Below, piece after piece: positions 13,090 to 26,948 of a stretch of 64,000 nucleotides of DNA; positions within the stretch are counted from its first letter, which is position 1; each line of letters starts with the position of its first letter. This DNA comes from Eledone cirrhosa. Its lineage: Eukaryota. A program made the translations under genes and the position numbers. Where the stretch lies: NCBI GenBank assembly GCA_964016885.1, contig OZ024740.1, positions 362,142,001 through 362,206,000 of the forward strand. The letters run 5' to 3'. The notes below the pieces were generated by a model. The model was not told the DNA's origin. It saw nothing but the letters and a program-made list of their open reading frames with translations, and made no database searches.

Positions 13090-14621
13090 GGACAGAGCCA
13101 TATCCAATGACTGGTGCCGCAGCATAATCATTAATTGATACAAAGGAAAAAAATAATGCTCTAGAAAGAAGCAACTACAGAGGAATAAAGCTAATGGATC
13201 ATGTTATGAAAGTGACAGAAAGGGTTCTAGCGCATCTAGTTAGGGAGAGAGTGAAATTATATGAGATGCAGTTCAGTTTCATGTCAGGAAGAAGCACCAG
13301 AGATGCACTTTTTTAGTAAGACAACTACAAGAGAACAAGAGAAATTCTTAGCTACAATTAAGCCTCTATACCTAAATTTTGTTGATCTAGAGAAAGCCTT
13401 TGACAGAATACCACAATCTGTCATCTGGTGGTTCTTAAGGAAACTAGGTGTCGAAGAGTGGCTTCTTAGAACACTGCAAGCCATGTACAGAGGAGCTGTA
13501 AGTAAGGTTAGAATAGGAAGTGAGTTTAGTGAAGAATTCACGGTACAGGTAAGAGTGCATCAGTGTTCAATCCTTAGCCCACATCGGTTTATCATAGTCA
13601 TCGATGCCACAACAGAGGGGTTTAAGACTGGTTGCCCCTAGGAACTTCTGTACACTAATGATCTGGTCCTCATAACTGAATCTGTGGAAGAACTAGAAAA
13701 TGAATTCCAACTGTGGAAACAGAACTTAGAATCAAAAGAGTTTAGAGTAAACTTAACAAAAACCAAAATGTTGATCTCATCAGGGAAGTGGCCTTGCTCA
13801 ACATATAGAAAAAGAGTAAGCATAAACTCTATATGATGTACACAATTCAAATCTTGGGTACACGAGAGGTGTAATGGGAAAACAGACAAACTAATACGAA
13901 AGGAAGACTGTGTATATAGTAGATATTCAGGGTCAATTGATAGTAAGAGTGCCAATAACAACAAAAAAAAACTATAATTTTTTCCAATTCCAGAAGGATC
14001 CATTGGTTGATAGCTTCAGCTACCTAGGTGATAACAGTAGGGGAATGTGATCTGAGAGTAACTATACTCTCAGATCACATTCCCCTACTGTTATGGACAG
14101 TTAGGGAACTGCTACCTCTGTTGACAACAAAAGGTTTCTCCTTAGGAATGAAAAGTTGACTGTATGATGCCTGTGTGTGAAGTGTGATGCTGCATGGTAG
14201 TGAGACATGGGCAGTGAACACAGAGGACATGAAAAGGCTGGAGAGGCAAGCATGTTTCAATGGATGTGCAATGTTAATGTGTGAAAATGACAAAGCATGG
14301 GTGAACTAAGAGAGAATCTGGATATAAGAGGAATCAGATATAGTGTGCATGAGAGAAGACTGTGTTGATATGGACATGAGATGCATACAGATGTTGATCA
14401 TTGGTGAGGAAGTGCCAAGTAATCCCAGTGGAGGGAAGCTGCAGTAGAGGCAGATCAAGAAAGATGTGGATGAAAGTGGTGAGAGTTGATCTCAAATCGC
14501 TGAAACTCACAGAGGAGATGACAAAGGAACATGAAAAGTGGAGCCTTGCTGTAGTGAGAAGGACTTGTCCAACCCATGCAAGCATGGAACAATGGACATA
14601 AAATGAGGATGATGATGATGA
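13090..14621 (+). mobile_element. decayed RTE-clade LINE (RT to 3' end)
   Basis: FVDLEKAFDR, GCP, post-RT Cys region, 3' aacccatgcaagcatggaa and (gat)n tail; many stops. Confidence 0.9.
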
Positions 14622-14719
14622 TTAGATATTCAAGCTGGAAAGACAATTCTGATTGTCATTGGTATGGAGGTGGTGCATAGCAAAATAATATGAATAATAA
14701 TTATTTAATTACTTTTCAG

Positions 14720-14809
14720 ATAATGTAAAAGGTGATTCAGGAAAATACACTCTGGAACTTGGAAATGAAAGTGGAAATGTATCTACTTCTTTTAATCTGA
14801 ATGTTGTCA
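14720..14809 (+). CDS. unc-22: twitchin exon, Ig C-part (DNVKGDSGKYTLELGNESG...)
   Basis: ttcag/gtaagt; DSGKY motif. Confidence 0.92.
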
Positions 14810-15370
14810 GTAAGTATTAAAACTTTAACATCTTTTGATTAAAACCCTTCAATTAAATGGAAATCTTGTTGATTGAAAATTATAGATTATAGATAATCAG
14901 AGAAAAATGATATAAGGGTTGGCTCAAGAAATTCCAGAAAACTTTTTTGTGAATCCTTTAGATATGGTATTAACTAATTAAACTCTATACTGTGCCATAT
15001 TAACCCACGGCTAGTTTCCTAGACTTTCAAGTATATCTGACTTCTTCTGCCACAACAATCTTTCAGAGATTATGAATAATATGACCTTGAATTTATATCA
15101 ATACCAGAGAGTAATGTATCCATCATATTTGAATAAATTATAGTTAATATATGTATTGTGGCAGCTCTTCTACTTTAATCAAAGTTCAGGAATTTGAGGG
15201 GAGGGGAAAGTTGATTAAATCAGCACCAGTACTTGACTGGTATCTTATATTATTGACCTTCAAAGGATGAAGGGTATAGTTGAATTCAGAATGGCAGCTT
15301 TTCATAATAAAGACATATAAATTTCAAATTTTTTTAGAAACTTAATATATTTACTCTTATCACATTTTAG

Positions 15371-15543
15371 GTCCTCCCTCTGCACCAGAAGGTCCTCTTA
15401 ATGTCTCAGATATTACAAAAAGTACATGCCATCTGTCTTGGAAACCACCAAAAGAGGATGGTGGAAATCGTGTAAAAAATTATGTAATTGAACGACAAGA
15501 AGTTGGCAAACCATACTGGATAACTGTGTCTTCTACATGCAAG
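15371..15543 (+). CDS. unc-22: twitchin exon, Fn3 N-part (SPPSAPEGPLNVSDI...STCK)
   Basis: tttag/gtaaga. Confidence 0.93.
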
Positions 15544-16060
15544 GTAAGATGTTTAGAATTCTATATATAATTTATTATATACAATTAATGCCATAATAAA
15601 ATGCTTTCGGTTTGCCAGTTTGTCCTATAAAGTGTATACTAATTCAATGATAAAATGTCCACAGTAAACTCAGAAAAGTGGTGGTGCCCATGTCAAGATA
15701 AAATGCACCTAGTACACTCTTTAAAGTGACTGGGATTAGGAAAGGCTTGTAGCCATAGAAATCACACCAAATATAAAACATAAGAGTCAAAACGTGGCTC
15801 TCTAGCCAGTCTAATCTCAGACTATAATGAGGTGTCCAAACCATGCCAGCATGGAAAGTGAACATATGATGATGATGATGTTGATTCATTGTGAGGTTAA
15901 AATATTTTAAATTGTATTTTTTATGAGACTGAAGAACATCCAGCCATAGAAAACTTGCCAAATTGTGTTAAGAGAAACCTTCAATGGTCACAAAGTCATG
16001 ATAACCTCTCTAGTGCTGGTGTCATGACAGAATGCAACCAGTAAACTCTGTAATGTGTTA

Positions 16061-16244
16061 TAATTGTTTCTACTTTTGGCACAAGGCCAGCAATTATCCC
16101 AGTGTATTACTGGTACTTTATTTTATCGACCACATAAGGATGAAAGGCAAAGTTAACCTCGGCGGGATTTGAACTCAGTCCGTAAAGGGACGTAACTGTG
16201 CTGCAAAGCATGGCGTCCGACCCTCTACCGATACTGCCAATCCA
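16061..16244 (-). mobile_element. SINE family A with TSD
   Basis: Reverse complement of family A; atgtgttataat repeated at both flanks. Confidence 0.88.
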
Positions 16245-16399
16245 TGTGTTATAATATATGCAAATGAGATGTAGGCCTCCAGCCCATCTGAGAGAACAGT
16301 AGCTCTGATTAATACTGACTTTGTGGCAACTCGTCCAAACAGCATGGAAGAACAGTTGTTGATGATGATAATGTTATATGAAATGTTTTTATTTTGCAG

Positions 16400-16529
16400 G
16401 ATACTAGCTTTGATGTCCAAGGTCTCTATGAAAACAACGTTTATAATTTCCGGGTTGCTGCAGTGAATGATTACGGCGCTGGAGATTTCATTACTACACC
16501 AAATTCAATTGTTGCTAAAATGCCTTTTG
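16400..16529 (+). CDS. unc-22: twitchin exon, Fn3 C-part (DTSFDVQGL...AKMPF)
   Basis: tgcag/gtatgt. Confidence 0.93.
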
Positions 16530-17521
16530 GTATGTTATGTTTTAACTCTTTTAATACCAACCTGGTCAAAACTGCCACTGGTGCTATAAATCAGAATCTT
16601 CTAACATAATTTTATATAAAAACTAAATATTTCAGTAATGAAATAATTGACAATTTTTGTAAATGTCTCACAATAGAATGCATCCAGTACACACTGTTAT
16701 GTGATTAGCTTTCAAAATAAGCCAATATAGTATAGAGAAAAAATTTCAGTCTGGTTGAGCATATGACAACCTTTCTGGGACTGGTGCCATGATAAAATGC
16801 CTTAGTATACCCTGTAGAGTGGTTGGTGTTAGGAACGGCATCTAGTTGTAGAAACCATGCCAAGTATCGAACATACGAACAAGATAAGGTCTCTATAACC
16901 TGTTGTCTCATCCAATCCATGCCATTGGCGAAAGGGGACGTAAAATCCTGAAGATTGAGAGGGGGGGGATTCTCCTATGGATTGCTTTCCCAATGTCTAC
17001 TACTTAAATGTGATGGGTTTCAAGATTTTAGATTTAAGGTAAAATGTTAACAAAGAAAAAAATGAAGAAAATTCAATAATTCATTAATTCTTTTTTTGTT
17101 TACATTTTGTGGCTGATAGATAAGGCTTATAGAAAAGAAGGATAAGTGCTTTACTTTTGTATAATATTGACACAGCCATCTAGCATACAGCAGATGTGAG
17201 TTCAATTCAGGCATGCAACATTTTCCATTTTTTTTTATTTCCAGGGTTTTATTTACATACCCAACATGTTTGACTATTTTATAGTTAAGTCTGGATTATA
17301 GCAGCTTACAATGGTTTCTTATTTAAGTGGAGGGTAAAGATTATATCAACCAAAGTATTTGACTAGCACTTTATATTTTGTGGAATTTGAACTTAGATTG
17401 TAAAGGGCCATAAATAAATGCCACAACACAATTTGTTTGTTGCTTTAATGATTCTATCAATCCACTGCCCTAAGCTATCATACTATCAAAATTAAAATTC
17501 AATATGTTTCTCTTTGTTTAG

Positions 17522-17824
17522 ATGCACCTGGTATTCCAGGAGTTCCTGAAGTGACAGAAGTAGGTGGTGATTTTGTCAGTCTTTCTTGGGATAAACCATC
17601 TACTGATGGAGGTGGTAAAATCCTTGGATACTGGATTGAGAAAAGAGAACATGGATCAGAGAATTGGTCTCGTATTAATATGCAGCCATGCATCACTACT
17701 ATGTTCAATATTCCTAATTTAATAGAAGATCGAAAATATGAATTCAGAGTATTTGCAGAGAATGAAGCTGGTATGAGTAAACCATCAATGGCTTCTAAGG
17801 TAGTCAAAGTAAAGGATCCTAAAG
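17522..17824 (+). CDS. unc-22: twitchin exon, complete Fn3 (DAPGIPGVPEVTEVGG...VKDPK)
   Basis: tttag/gtgagt. Confidence 0.94.
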
Positions 17825-18275
17825 GTGAGTATGCTATAGTGTTGCTATAATTTATCTTTGACAGTTTTGATATGAACCAAGACAAAAACTGGCTCTGATT
17901 CTGTTAAACAAAACCTTCCATTTAAAGGGGCTCCAATTTAAATTAAAATCTTTCAATATAATTTTATATAATAATGATATGTTAAGTTACTGTCTTAGTA
18001 ATGTGATAATTAATAATTCTAGTAAATTCCTCAAACTCCTTCACTAATTAATTGAAATATGGTCATAGAAGAGCTAAATGTAAATTTTGAAAATATCTTC
18101 TCATGAAAGACAAAGTCATCTATAAAAAGATGAGATATAAAAAAGTTAATATTTTTAATAGAATAATACTTAACTATTTTAATCAAATGGAATTTTCTTC
18201 ACATACTAATCACTTCTAATAGAATTGAAAATTTAGTGTAATTGAAAAAGCTAACTTTTTGTATTCTTGTTTTAG

Positions 18276-18387
18276 CTGCTGTTATTCCTGAATTTTCTAT
18301 GCCACTGAAGAAAACAGTAGGAGTACAAGGCAAAAGTGTCAGTTTTGAATGTGCTGTTCATGGTACTCCAAAACCAGAAATTTGTTG
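18276..18387 (+). CDS. unc-22: twitchin exon, Ig N-half (AAVIPEFSMPLKK...GTPKPEICW)
   Basis: tttag/gtttgt. Confidence 0.91.
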
Positions 18388-19709
18388 GTTTGTATAATTC
18401 TTTTTTCTTTATATGCCTGTGTGTATACCTTTGCTCACAAATATACATGAATATACATATTTGATTTTGTTAAAGTCAGAATTGATCATAATACCCAATT
18501 TCTTTGTAAATTTATTGTTTTGTTTGACCAGGTCTCTTTAGTTTAATGGCTATTGCAGCCATCTGGTATGCAGTAGATGTGTGGTTTGGCTCCCACGGGC
18601 ATCCTTGTCCAATCTTTTCAATCTCCAAGGGTAATTTACCCGACTTATTTGCCTACTTAATAGTTAAAATATGATTTGAGGCAGCTTTACACCATAAAAG
18701 CAAATAAACTAAAAAAAATAATCATTGTATATCAGTCTTCAAATTATGGGAAATGGCTGTTAAATAAATTAACTTCTCTTGACTTTCTCTTAGTAGTACA
18801 GTAATGAAAGTCTACAATAGCTGTCATCACTTGGGTCATATTAACCCAAGGCTGGGTCCCTAGGCTTTCAGGAACTTTGGGCCCCTTCTAGAACTGCAAT
18901 CAAATAACAGTGCCAAGGAAAAAAAAAAAAAAAAAAATGATGGGCCTTAGCAGTGCATCTTGGCTTCAGCCTAGTCACTGAATAATGTAGCTCTGGTTAC
19001 CAACTGAAATTTGTTACTCTTCCTTTAGATTTACTAACCTTAATCACATTTCTTTTAACATTCTTAGATATTGATTTAGATTTATTCTTTATTCTTACCA
19101 AGCTCTCCACTGCATATTTCTAATTATGCATATATCATTTGAAGCATTGGAGCAAATATCTTGACATTTCTAATCGATCAAAAAATTTGATATCATATTG
19201 GAAAACGAGAAACAAATTAACTTCATCTTTTCAATATGAAACTGCTAGAAACCAAAGCTGGTTTTATGATACAAAGCTGTTTATTTTTAAATGTGTATAT
19301 TTATCTAACAACTTTTCTTCATAATTTGTGGAAGAACCTTTGTTAACTTATGTTCCAAACATCAACCTAATAGTGAGAGAGTTTTGTTATTAAATCCCAG
19401 CAAATTCTTGATTATTTTCAAAATTATTTGAAAAATATAGGTAGAGGTTTACAATAGAAATATAGTAAAAAGAAAAGGGTTAAATCATTCTTTTATCTCA
19501 TCTCTCCTTTTGGATTACGATATCAAACATTTTCCTTGAATTGTATATATAAATCATGTCAAAAATATATTTGGAGATGTCAAAATTTAACTTTATATTT
19601 TACATAAAGAGGTTGATAATTAACTTATCAACCTCTTATTTCTGCTGTTAAAATGAAAATAAATATATAAACTAGCAACTAAAATTCAAAATTTACTTTA
19701 AATTTATAG

Positions 19710-19882
19710 GTTTAAAGGAGTTCGAGAGATCTTTGATGGAACAAAATATACTATTACCAACGATGGAGAAAAATATACTCTAACAATTAATGATATTTTT
19801 GGAGAAGATGCTGATGAGTACCAAGTCCGAGCAACAAACAAAGGAGGCAGTCGTAATTCAAGGGCTGATTTGGAGATTAAAT
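19710..19882 (+). CDS. unc-22: twitchin exon, Ig C-half (FKGVREIFDG...DADEYQVRATNKGG...)
   Basis: tatag/gtatgt. Confidence 0.93.
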
Positions 19883-20244
19883 GTATGTTAAATTTACACC
19901 TGTATTTCATTTAATGCTTTTGATTTTCAAGAGATTTATCGTATTTAAAATTGCAATATTTTAAAGCAGTTTATACACATATAAAAAAATTTGCTCTCTT
20001 AATTTTTTGCCACATAATTGGGATTTTTCTATGTATCTCATGTAAAAGTTGACCCTGGTTCTTTATGGACAACAGATAAACATTTGTGGATGAAGGTATT
20101 ACAATGAAGAAATTTAATTTTACTGTGCTAATATGTCCTGATGTACACAAGTGGAAATATTCATAGGAGCCATGTGGCTTTATGTGTTTTAGTAGGACAA
20201 AGTGTTCTGATCTATAGAATCATTGGTATTATTACTGTGATTCA

Positions 20245-20430
20245 GGGCGGTGAATTGGCAGTATCTGTAGAGGGTCGGACATGCTTTCCAGCATAGTTAT
20301 GTCCCTTTACGATCTGAGTTCAAATCCTGCCGAGGTTAACTTTGCCTTTCATCCTTACAGGGTCGATAAAACAAAGTACCAGTAATGTACTGGGTAATTG
20401 CTGGCCTTGTGCCTAAAATAGAAACAATTA
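20245..20430 (+). mobile_element. SINE family A, full length with ~17-bp TSD
   Basis: attattactgtgattca at both flanks. Confidence 0.9.
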
Positions 20431-20794
20431 TTACTGTGATTCATTGTTTTATTTCTATTCATTTTGAGTCCATTTGAGCTTCTGTTTGTTGATATTGTAT
20501 TTTGGATTTGTAGTATCTATATCACTCTCTGAAGTAATTTAACCTAAAAAAAGCTGACAAAATCTAACTTTTACCTGAGTATATATGGTATATAAAAGAG
20601 AAAATTCTGGATATCAAAATTGATGCTGAAAATTCTGGGTTATACATTTATTTAGGATTTATAATGTAATAATAATTATTTGAATTAAAATCATTATTAT
20701 ACAGTAATATAGAAATCATTATTTGAATTTAATTCAAAACTATTTTATATTAGTTATTCCTTTATATTTCCACTTGTTTTGTTTTTCTTTTTAG

Positions 20795-21079
20795 CTTCTC
20801 CCAAAATAAATGTACCACCTCGATTCCGTGATATATCAACCTTTGAGAAGGGTGAATCAGTAGTTATCAAAATTCCCTTCACGGGCAACCCTAAACCAAC
20901 TGTAAAGTGGATTCGGGATGGAGAAGAACTTCATGGTTCACATTATCATATAGAGATTACTGAGAGACATGCTCTCCTTACAATTAAAGATGCAAATAAA
21001 GATGATGATGGACCTTATCGGCTTAGTTTAGAAAATGATCTCGGTGCTGACAGTGCTATCATAAAGATTCAAGTTAATG
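20795..21079 (+). CDS. unc-22: twitchin exon, complete Ig (SSPKINVPPRFRD...IKIQVN)
   Basis: tttag/gtaaga. Confidence 0.94.
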
Positions 21080-21380
21080 GTAAGAACATTTTGATAATAT
21101 ACTGTCTGAAACTATTGTCGATTTTAAAGTTTTTATCATCATCATCATCATCGTTAATTTAAAAACGTTCCACCATAATTTCATGTAAGAACCTATATTA
21201 AATTATGCCCCTAGAATCAGCTTAATATTGAGAAGGTTAGTCATATTCCAAAATTCATCCAAATTCTTTATTTTTTTCAAAACTAATGTGACTTAAAACT
21301 AATGTGATTAAAAATATGATACCAAAAGGGTTAAATTTGAGAAACTTTTAATTTCTTTTGAATGAATGACAGTCTGTTTC

Positions 21381-21595
21381 AAAGTTAAATCCTAGCTACT
21401 GCTGGTACTCATTTTTTTAGTTGAGTGAATTGAAGCAACGTCAAATAAAGTGCCTTGCTCAAGGACAAAAGGACACAAGGATACAAGGCAAAGTTAAATC
21501 CTAGCTACTGCTGGTACTCATTTTTTTAGTTGAGTGAATTGAAGCAACGTCAAATAAAGTGCCTTGTTCAAGGACACAAGGATACAAGGATACAA
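21381..21595. repeat. tandem duplication (~109-bp unit x2) of a SINE-B fragment
   Basis: aaagttaaatcctagctactgctgg...gtgccttg.tcaaggaca repeated almost exactly. Confidence 0.88.
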
Positions 21596-22140
21596 AAATA
21601 AAAAATTCTGAAGAAACAAACTAAGAATTTACATTATTTTTAGTAAAATAAAGTCTAGTCATTTTATTTGGAATATCTGAGTATAATTAACGTTCTATTA
21701 AAATTTTGAAGAATAAAATTGTATAAGTTATCAAATAACCCCCCCCCACACACACACACACACACATACACACACACACTCTTTGACAAACAAACAAAAA
21801 TGAAAATTTCTAAATTGTAATTTGGTGAAAGAATCTAAACTATTTGGATGCTAGTCTAAATTAGATTGTAAAGTACTTCAACTATTTTGATACCAACCTG
21901 GCCCAAACCCCCTCTGGTTTTATGAACCAAAACTACCTATTTAAATTACAGTCTTCCAACATACCCTTACATAATAACCATTTTGTTAGAAAATATTATC
22001 TTACAAATGAAATAATTAATCATTTTAGTGAATCCCTCAAAATTCTTCATTGATTAATTGAAATAGAGATGTGTCATTAGATATTTCAAATGGTATTCTG
22101 TATAGTAAAGGTGTAATTTTTAAATGTTCATCTAATTTAG

Positions 22141-22306
22141 ATCGACCTGATCCACCAAGATTCCCAGTAGTTGAAAACATTCGAGCTGATTCTGTTGTAC
22201 TGTCATGGAAACCTCCATTGAATGATGGTGGTAGCTTTATAACAGACTATATCATTGAGAAACGAGAGCCACCACAACAAAACTGGGTTAAATGTACATC
22301 TACAAG
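22141..22306 (+). CDS. unc-22: twitchin exon, pre-kinase Fn3 N-part (DRPDPPRFP...CTSTR)
   Basis: tttag/gtttgt. Confidence 0.93.
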
Positions 22307-22339
22307 GTTTGTTTTACTAATTTTTCTTTACTTTACCTC

Positions 22340-22555
22340 CTTTTGACTTGAAACTGGCCAAAACCACTTCTAGTTCAACGAATATAAAACACACATTTAA
22401 AATAAAATTTTCCAGCATAATTTTATATAAGACGCATATATTTAGTGACTTTTAGTACTGAAAGAATTAATAGTTTCACCAGATCCCTCAAAATTCTTCA
22501 CCAATCAATTGAAATAGAATGTATTTCAATAGAAATACAGGCATGAAAGGGTTAA
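22340..22555. mobile_element. TTAA/CCC-ended (piggyBac-like) MITE family, representative copy
   Basis: Ends catgaaagggTTAA; related copies near 3733, 5530-5998, 16543, 17863, 19300-19483, 21150-21334, 21880, 23164, 24780, 26821, 27260-27366, 29770, 35391-35611, 38325-38528. Confidence 0.6.
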
Positions 22556-22794
22556 ACAATTTTTTTATAGGTGAAAAACAATATAGATAGTAGCAGTAAA
22601 ATATTGTTTTAATTCCAGAGGAATATGTTATTTGTATCATCTTCATCCCTGTTTTATGTCCGTTCTTCCATGCTAGCATGGGTTAGATGGGTTGTCCTGT
22701 TGTGGGCAGTGTCCAGTCAGCTGACCTTGTCTTGCTCATACAGGAACTGATTCTGGCTGGATTTCTACAGCAGGATGTCTATATGTTTCAGCTT

Positions 22795-22866
<72 letters not shown>

Positions 22867-23394
22867 AACTTATAAATATAACATTTATGTCATATTAATG
22901 GAATTTCCACAGGGGTTAGCAAGTAATATTGAATACTACAGTCAGTATTAATTTCAATTTTTATGTTTGGTGAACAGTAAGAAGAAAAGCATAAAAATCT
23001 ATGCCAGACAGTTGTAAAATTTAATGCATACAGAAAAGCTTGAAGATTGAGACATTTATCAAGAATTAATATACGGTCAATATTAAATTATTTTAAAAGA
23101 ATTATATTAAATTTAGAATTATTTTAATGTTTTGAATATTTCTGAAAATATATTCTAGAAAATTTAACCCTTTTCAGACCAAACTGCCTGAAGCCACCCC
23201 TGGTTCCATGATACAAAACTCTTTATTTGAAAGTGTTTATATTTCATTAAAACCTTTCATCATAATTTATATTAGAATGTTTTGTTAAGTATATATTTAC
23301 AAAGGGGAAGAGAAAAAACAAATTAAATCAAAGGAAGATAGAGGGAGCAAACTCTGCACTCTTGACTAAGTGCTACATATCAGTTATGTTACAT

Positions 23395-23790
23395 GGACAA
23401 GATGGTCACAATGGTGCTGCAGAAACAGAAAGTAATAACCACAGAATCAGCTATTCTCCCTCACAGGGCTCCTTCATCAGTCAGGATGTTCTCCCAATTC
23501 TGTAGAAGAAAACAGAAGTCTATGAATCAAGGACATTGAAGATCTTGATGGCAACCAGCACAAAAAGGAAATTGTCAAAGCAGTGGAGACTTTTGGAGTC
23601 CTTGGCCCTAAGGCCACTTCTTTACTCACTCCACAGGCCAGAGTTAGCTATCCACAGGTGCAAGCCTTGCAAGCTGGAATGGCTCTTCTAGCGGGTCTCC
23701 CTCACCATCCTCCAAAGAAACATCTTCTGTGTTTTGTCTGCTGGGGGCCACGGGGCTGCAGGGCAGCCAACACATGGACCCCCATTTGCT
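23395..23790. mobile_element. CRE-clade (restriction-like endonuclease) non-LTR remnants, two divergent 3' pieces
   Basis: Plus strand: AVETFGVLGPKATS..EWLF*RVSLTILQRN. Minus strand (23395-23578): FLFVLVAIKIFNVLD..RIG..EPCE. Confidence 0.65.
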
Positions 23791-24004
23791 TATAATAGTG
23801 AGAGATGGAGGTAGTAATAATGGCAGTTTAGTTCCTTTGGGTTTGAACTTTATGTATATGTTTCATGGACATACACTCATAATATGGTAAATGTAAAAAA
23901 ACAGTGTTTTATTGTAAAATAAAAAAAAAATAATAATAAATTTACATTAAAAATATTAGAATTGTTACAAATTTCATTAATATAGCAAATTTCTTTTGTA
24001 ACAG

Positions 24005-24162
24005 AATGTGCTTCCACAATATTACGGGGTTGACATTTGAAAAAGAATATGAATTTAGAGTCATTGCTGAAAACTTCTATGGACGAAGTGATCCATGTGA
24101 AGAAACCGAAGCTGTTCGTACTGATGCTGCAGAAGATATTAAGAAGAAGAAGCAGCTTGAAG
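24005..24162 (+). CDS. unc-22: twitchin exon, pre-kinase Fn3 C-part and linker
   Basis: aacag/gtattt; YEFRVIAENFYGRS. Confidence 0.93.
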
Positions 24163-24279
24163 GTATTTAGTGAAAGTTTTTAAAATATTGTTCATACTCT
24201 CTGTGAATGAAATCTTTGAACATTAATATTTCATTTGCTTTATATTGCAAAATTTTACATCCTCTTTTTACTTTTGCAG

Positions 24280-24345
24280 ATGAATTTGGTCGAAAGATCC
24301 GAACCAATTATACAGGACCAAAGATCAATGATTATGATAAATTTT
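24280..24345 (+). CDS. unc-22: twitchin exon, kinase N-terminal linker (DEFGRKIR...INDYDKF)
   Basis: tgcag/gtaagt. Confidence 0.92.
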
Positions 24346-24596
24346 GTAAGTATTGAAAATCTTGCATATAAATATATTTCATTTTGCTTATCACTATACA
24401 AATTCTTTTGTTAAGGCACAGTTATAATTATATGCACATAATTATTATTAGTAATTATATTTAAGATTTTACTAATGTAAAACAATAAAGTGTAACTATC
24501 ACATCTATGAATTTTTCATTTGATTACTTTTATAAACTTTAATCTTCATTAAAACGTGATAGCTTAATGACAATTTCCTTATTTCAAAAATTATAG

Positions 24597-24690
24597 ATGA
24601 AGACATTTGGAAGAAATATGTTCCACAACCTGTTGAGATCAAGTCAGGAAGTGTATATGATTATTATGATATTCTTGAAGAATTAGGAAG
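24597..24690 (+). CDS. unc-22: twitchin exon, linker and kinase start (YEDIWKKYVPQPVE...EELG)
   Basis: tatag/gttagt. Confidence 0.94.
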
Positions 24691-25072
24691 GTTAGTGTTT
24701 TATTTTGACAAAATAGAGTTTCAAATTTTCATGTTAATTACAAGATATTAATTAATGTCAAGGATTTAAATAACAAACCCCTTCAAACTGCCTCTAGTTT
24801 TATGCGAACATTTAAAAAAAGTATTTATATTTATCTAAACACCAGTCATTATAACTTTATGTAAGAGCCTTTGTTAAATTATGTTACCAATACCAACATA
24901 ACAATCATATTACTAAATCCTTTCAAATTCATGATTATTTTCAAAATTATTTGAAAAATCATAGAAAGTTTCTTTCATGTAAAATATGGCAATGAAAGGG
25001 TTATGGATTGTCTGTGAAGAAAATTCTGAAGACTTTATGTGATATATAATATTTTTATTTTATTTTTTCTAG

Positions 25073-25276
25073 TGGAGCATTTGGTGTTGTCCATCGTTGC
25101 ATTGAAAAGTCAACTGGTCGTACTTTTGTAGCTAAATTCATCAACACTCCTTATCCTCTTGATAAGGTAACTGTTAGAAATGAAATTAATGTGATGAATC
25201 ACCTACATCATCCCCAGCTCATGAATTTGCATGATGCTTTTGATGATAAATATGAAATGGTGCTAATTTTTGAGTT
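25073..25276 (+). CDS. unc-22: twitchin kinase exon, Gly loop/VAK/alphaC
   Basis: tctag/gtaagt; SGAFGVVHRC...FVAKF. Confidence 0.95.
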
Positions 25277-26047
25277 GTAAGTATAAACTATTTACAAATT
25301 ATTTACAAAATATTACAATGGTTGCATAGGCTGGACAATAACATAGACAATTAGTGTTAAGATGTTTCAATCATGGATTTTGTAGCTGGATGTCCTTTCT
25401 ATCAGCCACCAATTAAATCACTTAATAGCATGAACTGGGTGCATTTTATTATGCCAGTAGCATTGCAGAGGCTTGTATGGCAAGACTAAAGAGAATTTTC
25501 GACATGCATCAATTTATATTTTGAGTGACTACTCTCATAGTTGCCTTCCCTCTATCTGACAGAGCCCATGACTTTCCCTTATATACATAAGTTGTATCTT
25601 CAGAGGATGATATCATTAATGATCTAGTCCTCCGAACGTACAATTTTTTTTGGGCTTTGCTGAATCCTATTGTATAATCATTTATAGTGCTTCTGAAGAT
25701 GAACAGTATATAATAATGCTCTTTAGGTAAATTGGAATAACATAGGCATTAATTGAATAAAATGTATTGAAAATGTAACGCCAAAAGATGGTTAAAGAAA
25801 TCTACATTATCATTTCATATTGTTATATATGCTCTGTGTTATTATATGCCCTCACATTCTTCTCTTCCTTAAATAACATCTCTTCTGACTGTCTGTTTTT
25901 GTCTATAATGACATAAACACATTGAGTTCGAAACCATTATTATTTGGCAATATTAACTTTGTTTGGATTAACTCTATATATATTTGCTGATGCTGTCTTA
26001 ATGCTATATAATTGGCAGTAGCACTAAGACAGTTTTGTATTATTTCC

Positions 26048-26212
26048 TTCAAATAGCTGTCAGTAAAAAATGCATTCCTATTAAGATGTGTTCCATTTTA
26101 ATGATACATTACAATCAAAACTCATATGTATATATTTTATTGTAATGTATCATTAAAATGAAACACATCTTTGTCAATAAGAATACATTTCTTTTCTGAC
26201 AGCTATTTGAAA
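26048..26212. repeat. ~165-bp foldback element
   Basis: ttcaaatagctgtcag..cattttaatgatacattacaat / attgtaatgtatcattaaaatg..ctgacagctatttgaa. Confidence 0.75.
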
Positions 26213-26583
26213 GCAATTATGCACAACTTTATGTCTGCTATCCAAGCTAGCATGGGTTGGACAGGTTATCATGGTTTGAGACCAGATAGGTTAGAGTGAC
26301 CTCAACTTGTTCATATGTTCCATATTTAGCATGGTTTCTATGGCTAGATGACCTTCCTAACACCAACCATCTTGCAGAGTATGTTGGATGCATTTTATCA
26401 TAGCACCAGTACTACTACTTTATAGAGTGTAATTTATCATGTGCATTTTATCATGGCCCAACATTAATGCTTTACAAGATGTACTGGGTGCATTTTATTG
26501 TGGCACCATCATTAGCACTTTACATGTTTGATAAATAATTAATACCTTTTAATTGAAAAATAAAATGTAAATTATTTTCATAG

Positions 26584-26725
26584 CCTTTCTGGAGGAGAGC
26601 TTTTCGACAGAATCGCAGCTGAGGATTATAAGATGTCAGAGGCAGAAGTTATCAATTATATGCGACAAGTGTGTGAAGGTCTGAAACATATGCATGAAAA
26701 CAGCATTGTACATTTAGATATTAAA
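26584..26725 (+). CDS. unc-22: twitchin kinase exon (LSGGELFDRI...HLDIK)
   Basis: catag/gtaagt. Confidence 0.95.
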
Positions 26726-26948
26726 GTAAGTGAAAATACAAAAAATTTACATATTTAATCTTTACATTTTGTTTATAAAATATTCAGTTCATGTTTTACA
26801 AATTATTTATTAAAAGAATTTTTAACACTTTCAATATTATATTTCTGATGAAAAACACTGTCTATCATTTTTAAATCATTGAAAATAACCAAGAATTTGG
26901 AGAGGTTTAGAAATAAAACAAACTTTCTTATTATCAAGTTAGTATTTA

